From: Acidimicrobiia bacterium
Lineage (GTDB): Bacteria > Actinomycetota > Acidimicrobiia > Acidimicrobiales > JANYDT01
NCBI GenBank assembly: GCA_031383405.1
Contig: JANMZO010000301.1
Coordinates: 7 to 64,006, forward strand
Direction of reading: 5' to 3'
Length of the DNA: 64,000 nt
This document shows positions 27,446-37,703 of this stretch, piece by piece. A program made the translations under genes and the position numbers. Position 1 is the first letter of the stretch, and each line of letters starts with the position of its first letter. The notes under the pieces were generated by a model that was not told the origin of the DNA, ran no database searches, and saw nothing but the letters and a program-made list of their open reading frames with translations.

Positions 27446-28585
27446 TCAGATGCCCATCTGTTTGGCGGCGAGATCACGCATGACCTCCTCGGAACCGCCG
27501 CCGATAGCCTGCACACGGACTTCGCGATAGAGGCGTTCAACGGTGGCCCCCCGCAGGTAGCCCGCACCGCCGAAGATCTGCACGGCCTCGCGGGCACAGT
27601 ATTCGAATGTGGTTGTGGCTTCGACCTTGCACTGCGCGATCTCGCCGGCCGGGTTCTCGCCGGCGTTGAGACGGTACGCGAGCAACTCCATCCAGGCCTG
27701 ACACGAGTTGACCTTGCGACTCATGTCGACGATCTTGTGGCGGATCGCCTGGTTCGAGATAAGCGGTTTGCCGAAGGTGTATCGATCCTTTGCATATGCG
27801 ATCGACTCGTCGATGCACAGTTGGCTGAACGCGAGCGACTGGGCCACCAGGTCGATGCGCTCGTAGTTGAAGTTGCCCATGATGTAGCCCCAACCCTCGT
27901 TTTCGCCCCCGATGAGGTTGCGGGTCGGCACGATGCAGTCATCGAAGTACAGGGTCGCGGTATCGGATGCCCACCAGCCCATCTTCTTCAGCGGTGTACG
28001 CGAAAGGCCCGGCGCATCGCCGGGGACCAGAAAGACACTCAACCCGTTGCGACCTGGACCGCCGGTGCGGGCCGCCAACGTGAACCAATCAGCGCGCATG
28101 CCACTGGTGATGAACGTCTTGGAGCCGTTGATGACGTAGTGGTCGCCCTTGTTGATTGCAGTCGTCGTGAGACCGGCCACATCAGATCCACCGCCCGGTT
28201 CGGTGATAGCAAGCGCGCTTATCTGCTCTCCCGCGAGTACCTTCGGCAGAACTTCCTGGCGCATCCATTCCGATCCCTGGTGGAGCACCACCGGCATCGA
28301 GATGTAGCTGCTGATTACGCCAGCGCTGACGCCACCGCTTCCGGCCTGGGCCAGCGCCTGATGGATGATTATGCGCAGAAATGCGTCGGTTCCGATGCCA
28401 CCATATTCCTCGGGGAATCCGGCTCCGAGAACACCGACTGCCGCGGCCTTCGCGTAGAGCTCCCGGGGAAACTCCTCTGCCTCGTCCCATTCGTTCACGT
28501 GGGGCGTGATTTCCTTGGCCACGAACCGGTCGAGCACCGCTCGAAATTCGCGGTGCTCATCAGAGTAAAACGGGGAAGCAGGCAT
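27446..28585 (-). CDS. acyl-CoA dehydrogenase
   Basis: Start moved to MPASPFYSDEHREF (ATG 28585). TEPGGGSDVAG and C-terminal QIFGGAGYLRG...IGGGSEEVMRDLAAKQMGI. Confidence 0.9.
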   Translation of the reverse strand: MPASPFYSDEHREFRAVLDRFVAKEITPHVNEWDEAEEFPRELYAKAAAVGVLGAGFPEEYGGIGTDAFLRIIIHQALAQAGSGGVSAGVISSYISMPVVLHQGSEWMRQEVLPKVLAGEQISALAITEPGGGSDVAGLTTTAINKGDHYVINGSKTFITSGMRADWFTLAARTGGPGRNGLSVFLVPGDAPGLSRTPLKKMGWWASDTATLYFDDCIVPTRNLIGGENEGWGYIMGNFNYERIDLVAQSLAFSQLCIDESIAYAKDRYTFGKPLISNQAIRHKIVDMSRKVNSCQAWMELLAYRLNAGENPAGEIAQCKVEATTTFEYCAREAVQIFGGAGYLRGATVERLYREVRVQAIGGGSEEVMRDLAAKQMGI

Positions 28586-28675
28586 GTCCCTCACGCTACC
28601 CGGGCCTTGACTGACACGCGATGGGGTGTGCTGCCGTATCCTCCGGCTGAGACACCCCACCCAATTGGCAACGGA

Positions 28676-30475
28676 TTACTCGATCACCACGACGATGTCG
28701 CCTGCGCCGACGGTGTCGCCGGCTTTCACCTTGATCTCCTTCACAACGCCCGACTTCTCGGCATTGATCTGGTTCTCCATCTTCATGGCTTCAAGAATGA
28801 TAACGGGAGCGCCGTTCTCGATGGCCTGACCGATCTCGACAAGCACCTTCACGATGGTGCCTTGCATAGGCACCGCCACGTTGCCCGAGCCGACGCCACC
28901 GACACCCGTGCTGGCCGCAGCCCGCTTCGGCTTCGCCCCGCCACCGGCCCTACCACCGGCTCCCCCAGCGACGCCAACGACGGAAGGGGCGATGTCGGGC
29001 ACCCAGGCCGTGACGCTGAAGCGCTTGCCGTTGACCTCGACGTCGAGATCGCGCCGTACCTTGGTAGGTTCCCCCTCAGCGCCGGCCGCCGGTGCAACCG
29101 GCTCGCCCTTCGTGGCAACGAGCTGTGAAAGGTCGAGTTTGTCCTCCACCCATTTCGTCGAATGGAGTCCTGCGGCGAAGTCGGGGTGTTCGAGGATGGC
29201 GATGTCGGCCGGAATCGTGGTGTGTACGCCAGTGATGATGGTTTCTTTCAACGCTCGGATCATCCGGGCGATCGCCGTGTCGCGATCTTTCCCCCACACA
29301 ACCAACTTGGCGATGAGGTTGTCGTAGTACTGGCTGATGGTGTCGCCGGGCTCATAGCCCGCGTCTGTGCGCACGCCGAAGCCATCGGCCCGCACGAACG
29401 ATGTGATCGGGCCGGGGGAGGGAAGGAACTTCCCGCCCGACGGGTTCTCCGCGTTCAAACGCACTTCAATGGCATGACCCCGGCGGGACTGGTTGACCTG
29501 GTCCTGGGTCATTGGCAAGGGTTCGCCGCTGGCCACCCTGATCATCCACTCGACGAGGTCGATGCCGGTGATCATCTCGGTAACGGGATGCTCGACTTGG
29601 AGGCGGGTGTTCATCTCGAGGAAGAAGAACTCCCCATCTTGGTAGATGAACTCCACCGTTCCGGCGTTGAAGTAACCCACAGCCTTGGCCAACTTCACCG
29701 ACGCTTCGCCCATTGCGACGCGAAGTTCGTTCGAGAACAGCGGCGCCGGGCTCTCTTCGACGAGCTTCTGGTGACGCCGCTGAGCCGAACAGTCGCGTTC
29801 GCCGACCCAGACAACATTGCCGTGCTGGTCACCGATGATCTGCATCTCCACGTGGCGGGGCCACGTCAGGTACCGCTCGATGTAGGCCTCATCGCGGCCG
29901 AACGCCGACTTGGCCTCGCGCTGGGCCGAAGCCAGTTGTGTGTCGACCTCGGCGTCGCTGCGGACGATCTTCATTCCGCGACCACCGCCTCCGTACGCAG
30001 CCTTGATCACGATCGGATAACCGAACTCGGCCCCGAAGGACCGGATGTCATCGGGGCCGGTCAGGAATTCCATGGTTCCGGGAACCATCTTGACCCCGGC
30101 GACCTGAGCCGCTTTGCGGGAACTCACCTTGTCACCCATGACCTCGATGGCCGAAGGTGGGGGTCCGATGAACGCCACGCCCCTGTCAGTGATCAATCGG
30201 GCGAAGTCGGTGTTCTCGGAGAAGAATCCGTATCCGGGGTGGACGCCGTCGGCGCCCGACCTGTCGATGGCATCGAGGATGGCGGACGTGTTGAGATAGC
30301 TCTCGGACGACGAGTTTCCTCCGAGGGCATAAGCCTCGTCGGCGAGGCGGACGTGGAGGGCGTTCCGGTCGGCTTCGGAGTAGACCGCAACGGTGGCGAT
30401 GCCCATCTCACGAGCGGTTCGGATGACACGGACAGCGATTTCGCCGCGATTGGCGATCAAGATCTTTTTCAGCAT
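28676..30475 (-). CDS. accA: acetyl/propionyl-CoA carboxylase alpha subunit (biotin carboxylase + BCCP)
   Basis: 599 aa. MLKKILIANRGEIAVRVIRTAREMGI, an ATP-grasp core and the C-terminal biotinylation motif EAMKMEN. Confidence 0.93.
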   Translation of the reverse strand: MLKKILIANRGEIAVRVIRTAREMGIATVAVYSEADRNALHVRLADEAYALGGNSSSESYLNTSAILDAIDRSGADGVHPGYGFFSENTDFARLITDRGVAFIGPPPSAIEVMGDKVSSRKAAQVAGVKMVPGTMEFLTGPDDIRSFGAEFGYPIVIKAAYGGGGRGMKIVRSDAEVDTQLASAQREAKSAFGRDEAYIERYLTWPRHVEMQIIGDQHGNVVWVGERDCSAQRRHQKLVEESPAPLFSNELRVAMGEASVKLAKAVGYFNAGTVEFIYQDGEFFFLEMNTRLQVEHPVTEMITGIDLVEWMIRVASGEPLPMTQDQVNQSRRGHAIEVRLNAENPSGGKFLPSPGPITSFVRADGFGVRTDAGYEPGDTISQYYDNLIAKLVVWGKDRDTAIARMIRALKETIITGVHTTIPADIAILEHPDFAAGLHSTKWVEDKLDLSQLVATKGEPVAPAAGAEGEPTKVRRDLDVEVNGKRFSVTAWVPDIAPSVVGVAGGAGGRAGGGAKPKRAAASTGVGGVGSGNVAVPMQGTIVKVLVEIGQAIENGAPVIILEAMKMENQINAEKSGVVKEIKVKAGDTVGAGDIVVVIE

Positions 30476-30684
30476 GGGTGCCTATTCTCGTCGGATTCGC
30501 GTCCATCTCGCCAACACGGCGTCGAAAGTGGACCGGAAACAGCTGTTGCACTGCGTCTATGTGAGGTTGTTCGGCGATGCCGTGCGACCGGCAACGGCCG
30601 GACGACCAAGACCCGAAGGAATTTCCGGGGTGGAGCCGACCAGATCGGAGGACGGCCGCGGCCGAAGGCGAATAGCCTCTGACG

Positions 30685-31785
30685 GTGCAACGTAAGGAGC
30701 AACCGAAGCGCAGACAGCGTCTTCGGGCCGGTAAGCCGCCCCGGTCATTCTGGCAATGGGCGCTGCTGGCGCTCAACGTGTTCCTCGTTGGTATCGTCGG
30801 GCTTCTCGGACTCGGCCTGGCCTACGGAAGCTGGCGTTTCAACGGCATCGAACGCACGACGATCGCGAAAGGGGTCCTTTCCCCGGTCGACGTCACGACT
30901 CCTCTGAACATCCTTCTCGTCGGCTCCGATAGCAGAGCCAACTTCGATGCCAGGGACAGGAAGTCTTTTGGAGATGACACGGCGGTCGAAGGCCAGCGCA
31001 GCGATTCGATGATGATTGTGCGCCTCGATCCGAAGGCGAGCGAGATCAGGGTGCTCTCGGTCCCACGCGACCTGTGGGTGACCCTGGCCGACGTCAACAT
31101 CGAAGACAAGATCAACCAGGCCTTCGATGGCGGCCCGAGTCGGCTCATTTCGACTATTCAAAATAATCTGGGACTCACGATCAACCATTTTGTACAGGTT
31201 GATTTCTCCGGTTTCCGCAAGGTCGTCGATGCGATCGACGGGGTGTCGCTCTATGTGCCATTCCCGGCTCGGGACCCCGTCACCGGACTGGACATCCGAG
31301 TCGCCGGGTGCACAAGGTTGGTGGGTGACCAGGCCCTGGCCTTTGTCCGGAGCCGTGGGTATCAGGAGTTTCGCGGTGGGCGTTGGCACCCGGACCCGAC
31401 GGCCGATCTCGGCCGTATCAAGCGCCAGCAGCGGTTTCTCCGGCAGACGTTCCGTCAGTCGGTCGCGAACGTAGGCTTGAACCCGGTTGCTCTCGATCGT
31501 CTGCTGTCGTCGGTGATTGATACCGTCACGGTCGATGACACGTTCAAACGTCCGGAAATGCTGACCCTGGCGAGGCGACTCCGCAATGTGAACCCCGACG
31601 ACGTGCTGAGTTACACCCTGCCGGTGATCAACGACACGTCGGCCGATCACCGTTCGATCCTTCGACTGTCGCAGCTCGAAGCGACCCCACTGCTCAATCT
31701 GTTCAATGGTTTCGCGCCCGACCCCAACGGCCCGGCCGTCGTGAAGCCAAACCCGGAATCGGAGAACGGTCGGCCGTGCACGTGA
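30685..31785 (+). CDS. LCP (LytR-CpsA-Psr) family cell-wall glycopolymer ligase
   Basis: 366 aa. N-terminal TM segment, then LLVGSDSR....RSDSMMIVRLDP and VPRDLWV motifs. Confidence 0.88.
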   Translation: MQRKEQPKRRQRLRAGKPPRSFWQWALLALNVFLVGIVGLLGLGLAYGSWRFNGIERTTIAKGVLSPVDVTTPLNILLVGSDSRANFDARDRKSFGDDTAVEGQRSDSMMIVRLDPKASEIRVLSVPRDLWVTLADVNIEDKINQAFDGGPSRLISTIQNNLGLTINHFVQVDFSGFRKVVDAIDGVSLYVPFPARDPVTGLDIRVAGCTRLVGDQALAFVRSRGYQEFRGGRWHPDPTADLGRIKRQQRFLRQTFRQSVANVGLNPVALDRLLSSVIDTVTVDDTFKRPEMLTLARRLRNVNPDDVLSYTLPVINDTSADHRSILRLSQLEATPLLNLFNGFAPDPNGPAVVKPNPESENGRPCT

Positions 31786-31850
31786 GCGGTGCGGGTATCG
31801 TGAGACGCCATCGTTACAGTGAAGGCAGCTTTCGGCATCGATGCACGATC

Positions 31851-31900
31851 CCTCGATCACCTCGATCACCTCGATCAGAGCGACCAGAGCAACCAGAGCA
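31851..31900. repeat. short tandem repeats in the LCP/rmlA intergenic region
   Basis: cctcgatca x3 (31851-31877), followed by gagcgaccagagcaaccagagca. Confidence 0.9.
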
Positions 31901-31915
31901 GGGGAAGGGTGAAAC

Positions 31916-32788
31916 GTGAAGGGAATCATTTTGGCTGGAGGGAGCGGCACCCGCCTGCATCCCGTGACGCTCTCGGTGTCGAAGCAGTTGCTTCCCGTCT
32001 ACGACAAACCAATGATCTACTATCCGCTGTCGGTTCTGATGTTGGCGGGAATCAGAGACATCCTGATCATCTCCACCCCGCACGACCTGCCCATGTTCGA
32101 ACGGCTGCTCGGTTCGGGCGAGAACATCGGTGTGACCTTCTCGTACTCGGAGCAGGCTGCGCCCAACGGGTTGGCCGAAGCGTTCATCATTGGTCGCGAG
32201 CATGTCGGAACCGACTCGGTGTGCCTCGTTCTCGGTGACAACATCTTCTACGGACACGGCCTGGGTGAAATCCTTCTCGATCAGGTGCGGGTGATCGAGG
32301 AACACGGTGGCTGCTCGCTGTTCGGATACCGGGTCAAGGACCCCGAGCGCTACGGCGTGGCCCAGGTCGATGCTCGCGGGCAGATCCTGTCGATCGAGGA
32401 GAAGCCCGAAGAGCCGAAGAGCGATCTGGCCGTCACGGGGCTCTACTTCTATGACAACAAGGTCGTCGACATCGCTGCGGCGCTGAAACCGTCGCCACGA
32501 GGCGAATTGGAGATCACCGACGTGAACCGCCACTATGTCGAAGCGGGCTCGGCCCGCCTGCAGAAATTCGGGCGGGGAATGGCGTGGCTCGACACGGGTA
32601 CCCACGACTCCCTGCTTGAGGCGTCTACTTTTGTGCAGGTCCTCGAACACCGACAGGGCGTGCAGATCGCCTGTATAGAAGAGATCGCGTTCGAAAACGG
32701 GTGGATTGACCGTGACCGGTTGCGGGCCTTGGCCGACCAACTTGGTAAGTCCACGTATGGTGCGTACCTCCGCCGGATCGCCGGATAG
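31916..32788 (+). CDS. rfbA: glucose-1-phosphate thymidylyltransferase
   Basis: 290 aa with a GTG start. [39 protein letters not shown] is canonical RmlA. Confidence 0.95.
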   Translation: MKGIILAGGSGTRLHPVTLSVSKQLLPVYDKPMIYYPLSVLMLAGIRDILIISTPHDLPMFERLLGSGENIGVTFSYSEQAAPNGLAEAFIIGREHVGTDSVCLVLGDNIFYGHGLGEILLDQVRVIEEHGGCSLFGYRVKDPERYGVAQVDARGQILSIEEKPEEPKSDLAVTGLYFYDNKVVDIAAALKPSPRGELEITDVNRHYVEAGSARLQKFGRGMAWLDTGTHDSLLEASTFVQVLEHRQGVQIACIEEIAFENGWIDRDRLRALADQLGKSTYGAYLRRIAG

Positions 32789-32791
32789 ACC

Positions 32792-33673
32792 ATGCGCGTG
32801 CTCATTACCGGAGGCGCCGGACAACTCGGGACCGAGCTCGCGGGGGTGTGTCTGGCCGCGCACGACGAGGTGCTGCTCGCTTCTCGCGAGGTGCTCGACA
32901 TCACGAACCGCGATCAGTCGTTGCAGGTGGTTGAAGCGTATCGCCCCGATGTCGTGATGCACTGTGCGGCATGGACCGATGTCGATGGTTGCGAAACTGA
33001 CCCGGCGAAGGCCTATCTGGTCAACGCGCTCGGGTGTCGGATCATCGCGGAAGCCGTAGCGCTCCAGCGCGGCCGCACGCGTCTGGTCGCCCTTTCCACC
33101 GATTACGTCTTCAACGGCGTGGGTGGAGGGCCCAACGGGGGAGTGCCCTACACCGAGTGGGACGTACCGGCACCGCTGTCCATGTACGGCAAGTCGAAGC
33201 TGGCGGGGGAGCGGGAGGTCGCCGAAATACTGGGGCCCGATGCCACGACGGTCCGGGCGAGTTGGGTGTGCGGTGCCTTCGGGAAGAATTTCCTGAAGAC
33301 GATGCACCGGTTGGCGACGGCCGACCCCGTGAAGACCGTCACCGTGGTCGATGACCAGATCGGTTGTCCCACGTTTACGATTGACCTGGCCCGCCAACTC
33401 CGAATGCTGGCGGTCGGACGCTACCCCGGCGTCTTCCACGTATCGAACGAGGGGTCACTTTCGTGGTGTGACTTCGCCAGGACCATCTTTGAGGCGGCGG
33501 GTCACAAACCTGACCGGATCATCGCCATCGCTTCGTCGGAGCTCATGCCGACCCGGCCCGCTCCGCGGCCATCGTTCTCGGTGCTCGACAACGCTGCGGT
33601 CCGTGGCCTCGGGTTGGCAGCCATGCCACCGTGGCAGCCGGCCCTCGCTGAAGCTATCCGTGTGATTTCCTGA
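32792..33673 (+). CDS. rfbD: dTDP-4-dehydrorhamnose reductase
   Basis: 293 aa. MRVLITGGAGQLG Rossmann motif and STDYVFNG. It follows rmlA. Confidence 0.92.
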   Translation: MRVLITGGAGQLGTELAGVCLAAHDEVLLASREVLDITNRDQSLQVVEAYRPDVVMHCAAWTDVDGCETDPAKAYLVNALGCRIIAEAVALQRGRTRLVALSTDYVFNGVGGGPNGGVPYTEWDVPAPLSMYGKSKLAGEREVAEILGPDATTVRASWVCGAFGKNFLKTMHRLATADPVKTVTVVDDQIGCPTFTIDLARQLRMLAVGRYPGVFHVSNEGSLSWCDFARTIFEAAGHKPDRIIAIASSELMPTRPAPRPSFSVLDNAAVRGLGLAAMPPWQPALAEAIRVIS

Positions 33674-34579
33674 ATGCCTGCCTCCAACCACGCCAACCCT
33701 TCACCGTCAACGGCCCGCCCGGATGGGCTCGACGCGGTGGATGCCATCGTCGTGAACTTCAACGCCGCCGAGGATTTGCGGGCCTGTCTCTCATCGCTTC
33801 TTCCCGAACCGGTGGCGCGGATCATTGTCGTCGACAACGATTCACACGACTCGTCGGCATCCATCGTCGAGATGATGGCCCGCTCCGATCCGCGGGTCGA
33901 ATGGCTTCCGACCGGTCGAAACCTGGGTTTCGGTTCCGGCGCAAACCGGGGTATTGCGGCCGCTACCGCCCCGTTTGTCCTGCTGCTCAACCCTGATGCC
34001 GAAGTCGAAGCGGGGGCGGTTGGCGAGCTGCGGTCCGCGTTGGTGGTCGATGGGACTCTCGGGGTCGTGGGACCCGTGGTGACGAGCTTCGACGGCCTCC
34101 GGTACCCGTCGGCCAGATCCTTCCCGAACATGGTCGACGCGATGGCCCACGGTGCGCTGGGACTGATCGCCCCGAAGAACCGGTGGTCGGCGCGGTACCG
34201 GACCCCGGACCGGATCGACTGGGTGTCGGGGACGGCAATGCTGTTGAGAACGGCGGCCGTGGAGGAGATCGGAGGCTTCGATGAGTCGTACTTCATGTAC
34301 GTCGAAGACGTCGACCTGTGTTGGCGGCTTGCGAAGGCGGGCTGGCGGACCGGGTTTGTCTCCCGGGCGACGGTCCGGCATCGGATCGGGGGGTCCAGCG
34401 AACAGCGTCCGTACCGCATGATCGTCGCGCACCACCGTTCGCTGTGGCGCTTCGCCTATTCGACCACGACCGGCATGTCGCGGTTCGCGCTTCCTGTCGT
34501 TGCCCTCGGTCTGGTGGCAAGAACGGTCGTGGCGTCGGCCGCACGACGGGTTCGCAAGTTGCCGCCGGCTGCGCAGTAG
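33674..34579 (+). CDS. wbbL: family 2 glycosyltransferase, WbbL-type rhamnosyltransferase
   Basis: 301 aa. Motifs shared with mycobacterial WbbL1 as I recall them: NLGFG, YPSARSFP, GGFDESYFMYVEDVDLCWRL, AHHRS. The position after rmlD matches M. tuberculosis. Confidence 0.85.
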   Translation: MPASNHANPSPSTARPDGLDAVDAIVVNFNAAEDLRACLSSLLPEPVARIIVVDNDSHDSSASIVEMMARSDPRVEWLPTGRNLGFGSGANRGIAAATAPFVLLLNPDAEVEAGAVGELRSALVVDGTLGVVGPVVTSFDGLRYPSARSFPNMVDAMAHGALGLIAPKNRWSARYRTPDRIDWVSGTAMLLRTAAVEEIGGFDESYFMYVEDVDLCWRLAKAGWRTGFVSRATVRHRIGGSSEQRPYRMIVAHHRSLWRFAYSTTTGMSRFALPVVALGLVARTVVASAARRVRKLPPAAQ

Positions 34580-34656
34580 ACCGCCGGCCCAGCTTTTCGC
34601 GCCAAAGTTCCGATGTGGCCGGCTAACGGTTTTCGGCCGAGTATCCTTTCTCCTTC

Positions 34657-35697
34657 GTGAGTAACGGGTCGTCCAACAAAAAAGTGGCAAAAGCGGCAAG
34701 TGCAGGTGGCGGGAGTCTTTCGCGTCGGGCCCGCTCTTCGTCGTCGAGCTTCAATGTCACAGTCATTGGTGTTTGTATCGCAGGCATCGCGCTGGTTATC
34801 GGCTCGGTTATCGGTCGTACGGTTCTTGAAAGTCCGCCGTATTCGCAAACGTCGAAGAAGGTCAAGAGTGCACTCACAGACCTCCAGAAATTGCAAAAGC
34901 AGAAGAATCCAAACGCGAAGAAGCTTGCGGCGGCATTGCAGAAGTACAACGAACTGAACGGCCAGACCCACGTTCATGCGGCTTACGGAATATGGAACTG
35001 CGACAAGTACGTCGCCCCCTTCGATGCGAGTCAACTCGACGATCCACTCGGCGTGCACGCACACGACGACGGGCTACTGCATATCCACCCGATCACCAAC
35101 CGAGGTGCCGGCAAAAACGCCCGACTCAATCTGTTCTTCGATGCCACTAAGATGACAATGACGACCAAGAAGATGTCTTGGATTGCCGACCCAACCGGAA
35201 CCAAGCTCAACACATTGCAAGTCAATAAGGATAAGTGCAACGGCAAGAAAGCCGAAATCTGGATGTTGTACTGGGAAAACGCCGTCGGTAAGAACGTGAC
35301 CAAGACTCCGCAGAAGTATCTTGGCGACTTTGGAAATGTCCGGCTCACGGGCGACAGTGCGTTTGCCTTCGTGTTCGCGCCGAAGGGAACCAAGATTCCA
35401 GAGCCGCCGTCGACCAAGGCTATCGAGACGCCGAGCGACGTGGCCTCGCCCGCCGGTGCCACACCGACCGACACGATCGTCGAGACAACCCCGACCACGG
35501 TGCCCGGCGCGGCTACGACGCTTACTCCGGCGGCCACGACGGTTGCAGGGACTGCTACGACGGTTGCAGCGCCGGCCACGACGCTCGCTCCGACACCCAA
35601 GACGGCCCTGGTACCTACGACGACAGGTGCCACCCAAACGACCCTGAGCGGAAAGACGCTCGCCCCAACCGCGGCACCGACGACGATCGCCGGGTAG
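34657..35697 (+). CDS. membrane-anchored hypothetical protein: Lys-rich, His-motif ectodomain, Thr/Ala/Pro-rich tail
   Basis: 346 aa. One TM segment (VIGVCIAGIALVIGSVIG). His cluster THVHAAYGIWNCDKY...GVHAHDDGLLHIHP. C-terminal low-complexity T/A/P region. The first 650 bp are visibly more AT-rich than the neighbouring genes. Confidence 0.6.
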   Translation: MSNGSSNKKVAKAASAGGGSLSRRARSSSSSFNVTVIGVCIAGIALVIGSVIGRTVLESPPYSQTSKKVKSALTDLQKLQKQKNPNAKKLAAALQKYNELNGQTHVHAAYGIWNCDKYVAPFDASQLDDPLGVHAHDDGLLHIHPITNRGAGKNARLNLFFDATKMTMTTKKMSWIADPTGTKLNTLQVNKDKCNGKKAEIWMLYWENAVGKNVTKTPQKYLGDFGNVRLTGDSAFAFVFAPKGTKIPEPPSTKAIETPSDVASPAGATPTDTIVETTPTTVPGAATTLTPAATTVAGTATTVAAPATTLAPTPKTALVPTTTGATQTTLSGKTLAPTAAPTTIAG

Positions 35698-35705
35698 CTT
35701 TCGCG

Positions 35706-36719
35706 ATGGGACTTCGAGCTGTTGTTCTTGTTGGAGGTAAAGGCACCCGCCTTCAACCTCTCACGTTCACCCGCCCGAAACCGATTCTTCCGGTTGGGGG
35801 TGTTGCCATGCTCTCGCTCAAGTTGGCCCATCTTGCGTCACACGGGGTGACCGAGGCGGTGCTGTCGCTCGGGTATCGTCCGGATCCCTTCTTCGCTGCG
35901 TTCCCCGGGGGTGTGATCCACGGGGTGACATTGCACTACGCGATCGAATCGGAACCTTTAGATACCGCAGGTGCGCTCAAGTTCGCGGCCACGTACGCCG
36001 GATTTCTCGAGGGTCCAGACGATTCGCCGATTCTCGGCGTCAACGGCGATGTGCTCACTGACATCGATGTGTCGGCTCAGGTTGCTTTCCATCTCAACCA
36101 TGACAGCGAAGTTACGATCGCCCTCACCCAGGTCGACGATCCTTCCGCGTTCGGGGTCGTGGTCACCGACGCTGTTGGCCGAGTCGAGGCATTTGTGGAA
36201 AAGCCGCCGCGCGACGAAGCCCCGACCGACTGGATCAACGCAGGAAATTATGTGTTGAGCCGCGCGTTCTTTGCCCGAATTCCCGAGGGGAAGGTATCGC
36301 TCGAGCGGTCAATTTTCCCGTTGGTAGTCAACGAGGGGAAGTTGTTCGCGGTGCATTCACCGGCATATTGGATTGATGCCGGGATCCCCGCCACCTACCT
36401 GCAGGCCAATCTCGACGTCGCCGCAAAGAGTGATTCGGGATCAATCATTGATCCGACGGCGAGAATCTCCGCTGATGCGGTCATTCACAATAGCGTGATT
36501 GGCGCGAACGTGGTGATCGGTGAAGGGGCTATCGTCAACCGGTCCGTGATCGACGACGGCGCCACCATCGGGACCGGAGCGACCCTTTCCGATTCGATGA
36601 TCGGACTACGGGCGAACATCGGCGTCAACAGCGTCCTCCGAGACCTCACGGTGGTGGGCGACGATGCGGTCGTGCCCGCCGGGGCGATCCTCGATGCCGA
36701 AAAGGTCGAAGCAGGCTGA
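35706..36719 (+). CDS. NDP-sugar pyrophosphorylase (mannose-1-phosphate guanylyltransferase-like, NTP-transferase + LbH)
   Basis: 337 aa. VLVGGKGTRLQPLTFTRPKPILPV and C-terminal hexapeptide repeats. The position corresponds to the mycobacterial manB/rmlA2-like gene. Confidence 0.85.
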   Translation: MGLRAVVLVGGKGTRLQPLTFTRPKPILPVGGVAMLSLKLAHLASHGVTEAVLSLGYRPDPFFAAFPGGVIHGVTLHYAIESEPLDTAGALKFAATYAGFLEGPDDSPILGVNGDVLTDIDVSAQVAFHLNHDSEVTIALTQVDDPSAFGVVVTDAVGRVEAFVEKPPRDEAPTDWINAGNYVLSRAFFARIPEGKVSLERSIFPLVVNEGKLFAVHSPAYWIDAGIPATYLQANLDVAAKSDSGSIIDPTARISADAVIHNSVIGANVVIGEGAIVNRSVIDDGATIGTGATLSDSMIGLRANIGVNSVLRDLTVVGDDAVVPAGAILDAEKVEAG

Positions 36720-36778
36720 CCGTCTCGTTCGGCACCTGCCAATCAGACAACGCAGGTGTTACCGCCGTACTACTCGGC

Positions 36779-37501
36779 TTACCGGAACAGATCTTCGGTG
36801 GGAGCGCGCACGATCTCGGCCGAAACCGAGCCCTCTCGGAGCCACAGCGGGTTGACGCCCCTCACGATTGCGGCGGCGATCCCGCTGGCTTTTCCCATGA
36901 CCATTTCGGCGGCGCCTGCGAGTTCGTCGGCGATGCACACCTCGGTCACGTGAAGTTCACGACCCTTCGCATCCTCGGTACCACGGAGATCGACCACACC
37001 GGCAATCCCGGCACAGCCGATGGCCACGTCGGTCAATCCTTTGCGCCAGGCCCGGCCAAAGGTGTCGCTGATGATCACACCGACGGTCACGCCCTGCTTC
37101 CCACGGATTCCGTCGCGAATTTTTCGAGCCGAGCGGTCGGAATCGACGGGGAGCAGCGCGGCGAAGCCGGCATCGATGTTCGACAGATCGATTCCAGCGT
37201 TGGCGCAGACAAAACCGTGTGAGGTCTCACTGATGATCAGCTCACCGTTCGGGGTTGGCCGACGACGCAGAATGCGCACCGATTCCGCTATGACGTACCG
37301 CTTGTGGTCATCGGGAATGTCGGGATCGACCGGCACGAGTCGGCCTTCGGCTTTGGAGACCACCTTCTGTGTGACGACGATGACATCGCCGTCGCGCAGG
37401 CCAGGCTCCGGCTCGGCCGCCGCCATGATCAGGTCGGCCAGATTGTCACCGGGTCGTACCTCGGGGATGCCTTCTATTGGTATGAGCTCGATGCGGTTCA
37501 C
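36779..37501 (-). CDS. cofE: coenzyme F420-0:L-glutamate ligase
   Basis: 240 aa, GTG start at 37501. IELIPIEGIPEVRPGDNLADLI...VVTQKVVSKAEGR and ISDTFGRAWR motifs. Confidence 0.9.
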   Translation of the reverse strand: MNRIELIPIEGIPEVRPGDNLADLIMAAAEPEPGLRDGDVIVVTQKVVSKAEGRLVPVDPDIPDDHKRYVIAESVRILRRRPTPNGELIISETSHGFVCANAGIDLSNIDAGFAALLPVDSDRSARKIRDGIRGKQGVTVGVIISDTFGRAWRKGLTDVAIGCAGIAGVVDLRGTEDAKGRELHVTEVCIADELAGAAEMVMGKASGIAAAIVRGVNPLWLREGSVSAEIVRAPTEDLFR

Positions 37502-37703
37502 ACCGTGACGTTAGCTTCGTGTCGCATCGAGCACGGAACTGGATATGAGCTCGATGCGGTTCGCACCGTGACGTTAGCTTCGTGTCGCATCGAGCACGGA
37601 ACTGGATATGAGCTCGATGCGGTTCGCACCGTGACGTTAGCTTCGTGTCGCATCGAGCACGGAACTGGGTTTGAGCTCGATGGTCCACACCGTGACGTTA
37701 GTT
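37481..37703. repeat. 63-bp tandem repeat x3.5 duplicating the cofD-3'/cofE-5' junction
   Basis: Units at 37481-37543, 37544-37606 and 37607-37669, plus a partial unit at 37670-37703. Read on the minus strand, each unit contains the last codons of cofD (VLDATRS, TAA), the short spacer and the first 7 codons of cofE. In units 2-3 the cofE start codon is GCG instead of GTG. Confidence 0.95.

Noticed and set aside
37446-37688. 80-aa ORF with an internally repeated sequence (...FRARCDTKLTSRCEPHRAH... x3).
   Set aside because: It is simply an open frame through the 63-bp tandem repeat (63 is a multiple of 3), and it overlaps the cofE start. It is not a gene.
37481-37703. Possible CRISPR array (regular about 63-bp periodicity).
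   Set aside because: The units are directly abutting tandem copies with no unique spacers, and the unit sequence is a copy of the cofD/cofE junction. There are no cas genes.
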